Position numbers and translations under genes: made by a program. The notes under the pieces are model-generated. The model saw only the letters and a list, made by a program, of their open reading frames with translations, was not told the origin of the DNA and ran no database searches. This document shows, in pieces, positions 8,168 to 14,866 of a stretch of DNA of 23,202 nucleotides. Origin of the DNA: an uncultured Chlamydiae bacterium. GTDB taxonomy: Bacteria > Chlamydiota > Chlamydiia > Chlamydiales > Parachlamydiaceae. Positions within the stretch are counted from its first letter, which is position 1; each line of letters starts with the position of its first letter. The stretch is from positions 1 through 23,202 of the forward strand of contig CAWHMU010000048.1 in the NCBI GenBank assembly GCA_963830365.1. The letters are read 5' to 3'.

Positions 8168-8332
8168 CTATACCACGCGCGGTTAGGTTGTTCATATTTT
8201 GGCTGCGCCAAAGCCCCGCAGTTAAACGATCGAAAGTGACCCAATATTCCAATATGAGGTCACTTTCGATCGTTTAACTGCGGAAGCTATCGCGTTGCCA
8301 AAATGTAAACAACCTAACCGCGCGTGGTATAG
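8168..8332. repeat. 165-bp near-perfect palindrome (CTATACC...GGTATAG), MITE-like
   Basis: Perfect 25-bp terminal IR at 8168-8192/8308-8332 and perfect 26-bp inner IR at 8216-8241/8258-8283, with a 16-nt centre. Confidence 0.92.
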
Positions 8333-8379
8333 TACTGCCATATTAGCGACAGGGCGCAAGCTATGCGAATATTTTTAAA

Positions 8380-8615
8380 GCCTCGATAGAGGCGGAAGCA
8401 TGTAGCCACATGCGTCAGCGTGTGGTCATCGCATGCTTAGAAACAAAGCCGTGAATACGGCGGCAGCAATGACTAAAGGATATTATCTGCTATCATAATT
8501 GTATCTGATTCAGTTTCCATCGAAATTGCTGTCGCCGTATTCACGGCTCTCTTTATACTACATTTTATTCCATAGGTTTACACCTATGGCTACATGCTTC
8601 CGCCTCTATCGAGGC
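8380..8615. repeat. Composite REP-like palindrome built from short hairpins
   Basis: Perfect 29-bp IR at 8380-8408/8587-8615 and inner 24-bp IR at 8447-8470/8525-8548 (1 mismatch). Each arm contains mini-hairpins GCCTC-GATA-GAGGC and GCCGT-GAAT-ACGGC. Confidence 0.9.
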
Positions 8616-8817
8616 AATTGCAGAATTTTCTCGGCATTCTTACACCATTATAAATCCCTAAAACATACGTCTAGAATCGCTTTTCCCGTGAAAAATGAAA
8701 ATGTTTTGGCGAAGAATCGATCTAGGAATGCTCAAAACATTCTGCAACTCCCTCATTTGTGCGATGAACCTAACTTGTTTCAAGCCCGCGGCCTGTAAAA
8801 CCTGTTGAACCGCAAAG

Positions 8818-9034
8818 AGGTGTTTATTTTAAATCATCCGGCAAATTGGGGGCTTGAGCGAAGCGTTTGGAATGCGCAAGGCCTCTTATACTTTGTTTTG
8901 GAAAGGATTTAAGGTGGAAAATAATAGATCGACTCTAGCATATATCCGCATTTGCCTTCCAGCAAAGCGCAAGAGGCCTTGCGCATTCCAAGCGCTTCGC
9001 GAAGGCGTTAGTGTCGGATGGTTAAATGGCACCT
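8818..9034. repeat. REP-like inverted pair nested inside an older degenerate inverted repeat
   Basis: Inner 30-bp IR at 8858-8887/8971-9000 (1 mismatch; TTGGAATGCGCAAGGCCTCTT). Outer degenerate IR: AGGTGTTTATTTTAAATCATCCGGCA (8818-8843) versus reverse complement AGGTGCCATTTAACCATCCGACA (9012-9034). Confidence 0.85.
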
Positions 9035-9120
9035 TGCGCTATCGTGCGCTGCCCGCAGACTAAATGTTTTTGTAACAAACTGAAAAATGCGGGACCAGTC
9101 CCTGGTTATAGCTTGCTTGT

Positions 9121-9240
9121 ATTTATTCCCACACCAGCGACTCATCTACGCTTTGCTCGCGAGGCTACATAATGAGAGGAAATGGGTAAAAAGGAGAGGC
9201 ATTCCTGCGCAGGTTTACTTTCTGATATGGGAGACAAAGT
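9121..9240. repeat. Degenerate copy of the palindromic element at 22992-23181
   Basis: TTCCCACACCAGCGACTCATCTACGCTTTGCTCGCGAGGCTACATAATGAGAGGAAATGGGTAAAAAG aligns by eye with both arms of the 23-kb element (TTCCCATACCTGCGGCTC...GGCTACAGAATGAGAGAAAAAAGGGCAAAAAAG). The right arm is mostly deleted. Confidence 0.75.
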
Positions 9241-9285
9241 CGTTTGGGGGCTGGAAACGCTTGCGTAGGATGTTGATGTTTGGAT

Positions 9286-9313
9286 AAAAAAAAGAGGCAC
9301 CGGAGTGCCTCTT
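9286..9313 (-). terminator. Intrinsic terminator of recA
   Basis: Minus strand AAGAGGCAC-TCCG-GTGCCTCTT continuing into a T-tract, with a c(UCCG)g tetraloop, 27 nt after the recA stop. Confidence 0.9.
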
Positions 9314-9340
9314 GAGAGATGCGAAGGACGAAGGAAGAAT

Positions 9341-10408
9341 TTAAACTTCGACGAGGACTTCGGCGGCGGCTTCTTCGGCCGCGCGCACGGCTTTTGGAGG
9401 CTGTTTTTCTTTGCATTGCAGCATGATCAACGCTTCGATTTCATCCAGCATCTTGGGGTTCTTCTTAAGCTCTTCACGTACGACTTCGCGGCCTTGACCT
9501 AGGCGCTGCCCTTTGTAGCTGAACCAGGCGCCCTTTTTATCGACGATATTCATCTCTGTCGCCAGGTCGATAACCGAACCGGTACGAGAAATGCCTTCAT
9601 TGAAGAGGATGTCGAATTCGGCGATATGGAATGGCGGGGCCATTTTGTTTTTAACGACTTTGACTTTGACGCGGTTGCCGACGTCTGTCGCCTCGCCTGC
9701 GCCCTTGATGCCGCCGATGCGGCGGATGTCGAGGCGGATTGACGAATAGAACTTTAAAGCGCGGCCGCCGGTGGTCGTTTCGGGGCTGCCGTACATCACT
9801 CCGATCTTTTCGCGGATCTGGTTGATGAAGACGGCGCAGGTATTGCTTTTAGCCAGGGTGGCGGTGAGCTTGCGCAGCGCTTGCGACATCAGTCTGGCTT
9901 GCAGGCCGACGAAAGAATCGCCGATTTCGCCTTCAAGTTCGGATTTAGGCACCAGGGCGGCGACGGAGTCGATGACGATGACGTCGATGGCATTGGAGCG
10001 GGCGAGCATTTCAGCGATATTGAGGGCTTCTTCGCCATTGTCAGGCTGCGAAATGAGCAGGTCGTCGATGTTGACGCCGATTTTGGTGGCGTAAGCTGGG
10101 TCGAGGGCATGCTCAGCATCGATATAAGCGGCCACGCCGCCATTGCGCTGGGCGTTGGCGACAACGTGCAGGGCGAGCGTTGATTTACCCGAGGATTCAG
10201 GACCAAATATTTCGACGACACGGCCTCTGGGCAGTCCGCCGATGCCAAGAGCTATATCAAGGGTCAGGGCGCCGGTTTTGATGACGCTGATTTCATGGTT
10301 TGCAGAGTGTTTGCCGAGGGACATGATGGCGCCGTCGCCAAATTGTTTTTTAATAAGGCCGACAGCTTGGTCTAAAGCCTTTTTTCTGTCTGCATCGGAT
10401 TGAGCCAT
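9341..10408 (-). CDS. recA: Recombinase A
   Basis: Walker [10 protein letters not shown] plus [39 protein letters not shown] and [18 protein letters not shown] upstream. Confidence 0.99.
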   Translation of the reverse strand: MAQSDADRKKALDQAVGLIKKQFGDGAIMSLGKHSANHEISVIKTGALTLDIALGIGGLPRGRVVEIFGPESSGKSTLALHVVANAQRNGGVAAYIDAEHALDPAYATKIGVNIDDLLISQPDNGEEALNIAEMLARSNAIDVIVIDSVAALVPKSELEGEIGDSFVGLQARLMSQALRKLTATLAKSNTCAVFINQIREKIGVMYGSPETTTGGRALKFYSSIRLDIRRIGGIKGAGEATDVGNRVKVKVVKNKMAPPFHIAEFDILFNEGISRTGSVIDLATEMNIVDKKGAWFSYKGQRLGQGREVVREELKKNPKMLDEIEALIMLQCKEKQPPKAVRAAEEAAAEVLVEV

Positions 10409-10489
10409 AGATGAAACTCCTATATGGGGTGGGTCTTGTTCAGGCTTGTTTAAAAGAAGAATAAGACCATGTTAAAAGATTGTTAAAGC

Positions 10490-10667
10490 GTATGTTCTCA
10501 AAAACGCCTGGCAAAGGTTCCGGCCGAACGGATTGAGGTCTGACTTGCGATGTGCGATTTGAAAGAAGTCTGCTTCCAGAATACATTGCAGGACTTTCAA
10601 ATCACAAATCACAAGCCAGAGCCGAACCTTAAGTCAATACCCTCGCCATGAGTTTTTGAGAACATAC
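10490..10667. repeat. Nested inverted repeats (MITE-like) upstream of recA
   Basis: Outer IR GTATGTTCTCAAAAACGCCTGGC at 10490-10512/10645-10667 (21/23). Inner IR at 10539-10565/10594-10620 (23/27). AAGGTTC(C)GGC at 10514 pairs with GCCGAACCTT at 10621-10630. Confidence 0.85.
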
Positions 10668-10727
10668 TAAAAGCTAATGCAACGCAGCATAACCAAAAGT
10701 GAATTCCGAATCCAGTTGGGAAAAATA

Positions 10728-12041
10728 TTATTCATCGAGCCTGGGTTTGCCATTGACATAGGTGACTTTTTGGATGAAATTCCCTTCACCGTCATAAAGT
10801 GTGACGACGCCATTTCCTTGGCTGACTTCGCTGACGGAAAGTTTTTCACCTTTCATGTAATATTCGCCGCGGACGAGCTTATCCTGTTCGTATTCTTCGA
10901 TCAGCATCAGATTGCCATCGCGATACCAGGCGGTACAGTGACCATTTTTCTTGTTATTGCTCATTTCCTTTTGGCTTTCCTGGGCGCCGTTGTCATACCA
11001 GGTTTTAGTAGTGCCCTGAATTTTGCCCTCATACCAATTGACGGAAAGTTTTGGCAGGAGTTTTTTCTGCAGACGGACGGCGTCATAGAAGTGTAGTTCT
11101 TCGCCTTGTTTGCAACCGTTTTTGACGTGATATATTTTTTTTACGCGGTTATAGCTATCAAATAATTTGACTTCGCCTTCTGGGATGCCGTAGCGATAGT
11201 CGTGCAGTTCGGTGATGGCCTCTTTGCCAAAGATGGCGCGCGTGCCATTGCCTTCGTCGATGCTGGCGATGCATTCCCCGTCGCAATTATAATAGCGTCC
11301 GGATGAGAGCAGGCCTTCGCAATACGCTTCTTCGGCGGCGAGCCGGTCGGGGTTCCAATAGCGCTTGGCCGGGCCTTCCTTGACACCTTGGTTATATTGG
11401 CAGGATTGCAAGAGGTCGCCATTGGCAAGGTAGATTTGAAAGACACCGTTGATTTGGTTCTTATGGTATGGGATGATTTTCCACACCTGGCCGTTGTCGT
11501 GGTAATATGTAGACACGCCTTCCAGCAGACCCTTTTCATAGGGCATGGTAGCTTCTAAGTTTCCGTTCTCTTTCCATACCTGGCTACAGCCGTCAAAAAT
11601 CCAGGTTTTTTCGGCGCCATCGATAATATCGCCGGAGCCTTCGATGATGTGGGCCTCGATTTTTTTAACGCCGTTGGGATACCACTCTCGGTAGTCGCCG
11701 CAGGCGCGGCAGTTGAGGACTTCAAGGGCTTGATAAGGATAGCCATTGGGATGATAGCTGGTGATGCAGGCAGGGACATTGCCTTCGGCATCGCGCGAGT
11801 AGATGCGCAGCACCTTCTGGTAGGATTGAGGCTGTAAAAAGTCTACACAGGCATATTGACCGAGGCGTTCAGGATTATTTATGGTCTCGGTGAGTCCGTT
11901 GCGATCGATGATGTTGATGCTGGTGAGTACAGGGATGTTCTCGATAGTTTTTGGTTGCTTATGGTGCGAACAGGCGGTAACCAGCCAAAGAGCTGGTATA
12001 AGAATGGTTGTTAGTTTGATTTTATGTGAAAGGAAAGGCAT
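10728..12041 (-). CDS. MORN-variant/YwqK-like repeat lipoprotein
   Basis: Lipobox-like LVTAC after a signal peptide. Many G-x(4)-[WY]-[YH]-x-NG beta-hairpin repeats, e.g. GDYREWYPNG, GVSTYYHDNG, GTTKTWYDNG and GHCTAWYRDG. Confidence 0.88.
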   Translation of the reverse strand: MPFLSHKIKLTTILIPALWLVTACSHHKQPKTIENIPVLTSINIIDRNGLTETINNPERLGQYACVDFLQPQSYQKVLRIYSRDAEGNVPACITSYHPNGYPYQALEVLNCRACGDYREWYPNGVKKIEAHIIEGSGDIIDGAEKTWIFDGCSQVWKENGNLEATMPYEKGLLEGVSTYYHDNGQVWKIIPYHKNQINGVFQIYLANGDLLQSCQYNQGVKEGPAKRYWNPDRLAAEEAYCEGLLSSGRYYNCDGECIASIDEGNGTRAIFGKEAITELHDYRYGIPEGEVKLFDSYNRVKKIYHVKNGCKQGEELHFYDAVRLQKKLLPKLSVNWYEGKIQGTTKTWYDNGAQESQKEMSNNKKNGHCTAWYRDGNLMLIEEYEQDKLVRGEYYMKGEKLSVSEVSQGNGVVTLYDGEGNFIQKVTYVNGKPRLDE

Positions 12042-12047
12042 GGCAGG

Positions 12048-12671
12048 TTACAGGAACTCTCTTTTTAATAGTTTCAGGTTGAGGGAAAACACTTGGTTTT
12101 TATCGGAGACATTTTTCTTATCGATTTTAAAATCCAGGATCATCAGCTGTGGGCGGTTTGGCGGGGGTTTGCATGTGCCAAGGGGGATGCCTTCGATACG
12201 GCACAGGATCTGTTGGATATCACCGACATCGACTTCGACGGGATGGACGAGTGTTTCGGTGACTTCTTGAAAGATCGGAGTAGACTGAACAACGCCTTCG
12301 GTGAATATCAGGTGATTTGTGTGGCTTAGAATCAATTCCAGGCGTTTTTTGATATTTTCATCTTCGGGAAAGTTTGGATTGTTGAGCATGTTTGTAAGGC
12401 TTTCGATTTCAGGCTCCAGCAGAGACAGCGTCTCAAGGTGCTTATCGATATAGAAGTGGTCGACATCGCTGAAGTGGTGACGTACGGCCATATTGACGGC
12501 CTGTTTTTTTTCTCGGCTATAAGCCATCTCTTGAATGCGCCACATCTGCGATTCCAGTGCATTGGTGGTGTCGAATTGGGAGGAGAGCGAAAACCACGCC
12601 AGCAGGACAGGCACAAGTCCGCCGATGAGCAAATAGATGATTAAGCGCTGGGGGGGAATTGTGCTAAGCAT
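12048..12671 (-). CDS. Membrane-anchored hypothetical protein with PilO/GspM-like topology
   Basis: N-terminal TM segment, a helical region, then a C-terminal alpha/beta segment ending QLMILDFKIDKK...FSLNLKLLKREF. Gaps to neighbours are 6 and 14 nt. The fold assignment is inference. Confidence 0.8.
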   Translation of the reverse strand: MLSTIPPQRLIIYLLIGGLVPVLLAWFSLSSQFDTTNALESQMWRIQEMAYSREKKQAVNMAVRHHFSDVDHFYIDKHLETLSLLEPEIESLTNMLNNPNFPEDENIKKRLELILSHTNHLIFTEGVVQSTPIFQEVTETLVHPVEVDVGDIQQILCRIEGIPLGTCKPPPNRPQLMILDFKIDKKNVSDKNQVFSLNLKLLKREFL

Positions 12672-12685
12672 CCCATTTCCTTAAG

Positions 12686-14425
12686 TTATGGTTGAGAGTA
12701 TATCGTTTTGTCCTTCAAATAGAACGAAGTGCGGTATCGATCCTTGTTTGAGTTCCATTTGATCTCTGCCTTGGCGTCGACGAGGTCGTTGGGGGCAATG
12801 AGGGCATCGTGGAATTCGCGCGCCATTTTGGGAGTCGGGCTGGAGAATTCCAGCTCGATTTTGACCTGATATTTTTCTTGTTTTTTGGTGGGTTCGGGAC
12901 GCTTTACCATGGCATAATGCAGGCTTTCGATCTTCAGGGAGGGTAGGAGTGCATTGTTGTCCGCGCTGTCAGTGTTTTCCTGGCTTTCCTGGCTTTTGGC
13001 GGCGAAACTAGGATGGGTGCTGAGCCAGGCCAGCACATCGCTGACGAGCGGTACATTGGGCTGCAGCGGATATATTTGGGGAATGGCTAGTATTCCCTTT
13101 TCGAGGTATTGCAGGCGGCTGTTGATATCAGCAGGTGTAAGATCGGCCGGGCTTAGGGTCTCGCCGGTGGCAAGTTCTTGCGGCTGGAGGGTTTTGCTGG
13201 TGAATTCGCCTTCAAATTGAGTGTAAGAGCGATTCATGCCGCTAAGTAAGTCGAGGTATTGCTGGCGAATGTTGCCTTCCTGATAGTGCAGATATGCATG
13301 GCCAAAAAGTATCAGCGCAAGGGTTAAGGCCAGGCACAGGGCGATATAGGTAATGATGGGTTTCTTCAGTCTTTTCCATGGGGCGGGGAAAATAAATTCC
13401 TGCTGGCGGAAATTAATTTGTTCCATATTCGTCGGTAGGGCGCTCAAGGCTTCTCCGATGGGCAGGGCGTATTTCTGCAGCTCAGGCGCGCTCATGCCGA
13501 AGGCCGGGGCATCGTCTAAAGGCATCAGGGTTTTGTTCAGGGAGCGGCAGACCGTAGCGGCAAGTTCGGGCACGGCGGCGCCGGGGCCTGTGACTAGAAT
13601 ATGGGAGACTTCTTGTGTTTTGATTTGCTTGGCGAGGGCATAAATTGGGCGCATGATGGATACGCGCAGAGCATCCAGGGCGTTTTTGAATGCCGGGCTG
13701 TCATATGCAGCCATAAACTGGCTGTCGTTTAATTGCTGCCGGGCGGCATTGATATCTGGGCCTTGTTCCTGGATTAGCACGTCGAGCAGGCTATTAATAC
13801 CTTTGGTGCTGGTCTGGGCGGCGATTAGCTTGCCTTGATCGACGAGGGCGCATAGTGACTGATTCCAGTCGAGATGCAGCACATAGCATAAGTTTTCAGT
13901 CGGGGCAAAGTATTTGGCGAAGAGGGCCAGGGCGTGCGGAGCGGCGGAGACGACTTCCGGTTCGATATGCAAGGCATGCCACTGCTGCAGATGCTGCGCC
14001 AGATAATCTTTGCGCACAGAAAATAGGGAAAGCTTAGTATCTGCGCCCTCTTTTGATAGCAGGATTTTATCCAGCAAGGCATTGTCGGTAGGATAAGGCA
14101 GCAGCGGTTCGGCCTGAAAGGCCAGTACGGCATCGATGTCTTTAGCTTTATTGACTTTAATCTCGAGCGTGCGCACCAGTACATCTTGCGAGTTTATGGA
14201 GGTGACGATGAGATGGTTTTGCAGCAGGGAGTCAAGTTGGCGCTGTTGCGCTTCGGTGTAAAGCGGCTTTACCTCAGCGCCTAACGATTGGGGCCTGTCG
14301 ATGGGAAAATCGAAGGCGGTCTCTAATTTCGGTTTGCCGCGCATCAAGCCTAAGGCTACCCCTTTGAGCGAGAAGGCGTCCATTTCGAGACCGAGAACTT
14401 GGCTGGCTTGTGGCTTATCAAACAT
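12686..14425 (-). CDS. PilM-like actin-fold protein fused to a TM segment and periplasmic PilN-like region (GspL-like architecture)
   Basis: Motifs VLGLEMDAFSLKGV, FQAEPLLPYP, LFSVRKDYL, IEPEVV, ILVTGPGA and YALPIGEAL, then INFRQ (PilN INLLP-like) and one TM helix (IITYIALCLALTLALILFG). Confidence 0.8.
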   Translation of the reverse strand: MFDKPQASQVLGLEMDAFSLKGVALGLMRGKPKLETAFDFPIDRPQSLGAEVKPLYTEAQQRQLDSLLQNHLIVTSINSQDVLVRTLEIKVNKAKDIDAVLAFQAEPLLPYPTDNALLDKILLSKEGADTKLSLFSVRKDYLAQHLQQWHALHIEPEVVSAAPHALALFAKYFAPTENLCYVLHLDWNQSLCALVDQGKLIAAQTSTKGINSLLDVLIQEQGPDINAARQQLNDSQFMAAYDSPAFKNALDALRVSIMRPIYALAKQIKTQEVSHILVTGPGAAVPELAATVCRSLNKTLMPLDDAPAFGMSAPELQKYALPIGEALSALPTNMEQINFRQQEFIFPAPWKRLKKPIITYIALCLALTLALILFGHAYLHYQEGNIRQQYLDLLSGMNRSYTQFEGEFTSKTLQPQELATGETLSPADLTPADINSRLQYLEKGILAIPQIYPLQPNVPLVSDVLAWLSTHPSFAAKSQESQENTDSADNNALLPSLKIESLHYAMVKRPEPTKKQEKYQVKIELEFSSPTPKMAREFHDALIAPNDLVDAKAEIKWNSNKDRYRTSFYLKDKTIYSQP

Positions 14426-14540
14426 AGAGAAATGTGGGTGTTTTTAATGAGTAGACTAAAAGGGATGATAAGAGATAGCGCATATAGGGAAAAGGAAAAA
14501 CAAAGCGGGAGACGGTGAATGAGTAAAATATATTTAAACG

Positions 14541-14640
14541 GAGGGGTGTCGGCAACAGCTCAAGCTTAAGCGGCTGCCGCCGCAAACACATACATTTGAG
14601 GCCGCTCCTTGGCGGGGAGCTCAGCATCCCCGATCCCCTT
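14541..14640. repeat. Degenerate GC-rich inverted repeat in the speA to pilM-like gap
   Basis: GAGGGGTGTCGG...AGCTC versus reverse complement AAGGGGATCGGGGATGCTGAGCTC, with an internal GGGGAGCTCAGCATCCCC hairpin. Pairing is loose. Confidence 0.4.
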
Positions 14641-14773
14641 CCGGATTATGAGCCAAGATCCGTTTAATTATCATCGCGAGATAGACTTCATTTCGATATG
14701 GTCAAAAGCAGGTAACATTCAAGAAAAATAAAAGGATGGGCAAAAAGGAGGTTCATGCGGCAAAGCGGTGTGC

Positions 14774-14857
14774 AAAGAAATGGACGAAGCGGACGTTGCG
14801 GACGAAGTGGACGAAGGATCCGATGTCCACTTTGTCCACAACGTCCGCCTTCGTCCG
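14774..14857 (-). repeat. Hairpin made of 9-bp tandem repeats (YGGACGAAG); likely the speA terminator
   Basis: Four 9-mers at 14781-14816 face inverted copies at 14825-14857 (~33-bp stem with a few mismatches and one bulge). On the minus strand the stem is followed by TTTCTTT and begins about 10 nt after the speA stop. Confidence 0.8.
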
Positions 14858-14866
14858 CGTCTATTT

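Larger units (their letters stand above)
8052..8771. mobile_element. Outer palindromic MITE-like element whose left arm is split by nested insertions
   Basis: 8052-8071 AGGCTCATCACACAAATGAG pairs with 8752-8771 (18/20). The rest of the right arm (8723-8747) pairs with 8618-8642 (20/25), so 8072-8615 lies inside the left arm. Confidence 0.7.

Noticed and set aside
8052..9240. CRISPR array or integron attC array
   Set aside because: The repeats are inverted and of unrelated families rather than direct repeats with regular spacers. No cas gene, integrase or cassette ORFs are present.
8022..9287. Short ORFs 8022..8252, 8059..8244, 8499..8798, 8854..9063 and 9087..9287
   Set aside because: They run across palindromic repeat elements and have no protein-like features.
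10728..12041. Toxin-antitoxin system implied by the YwqK-like label
   Set aside because: No toxin gene is adjacent. The label reflects generic MORN-variant repeats, and the gene lies in an envelope-type operon.
14541..14640. Riboswitch or ncRNA upstream of the pilM-like gene
   Set aside because: I recognise no conserved riboswitch motif and it looks like another decayed inverted repeat. An Rfam cmscan would be decisive.
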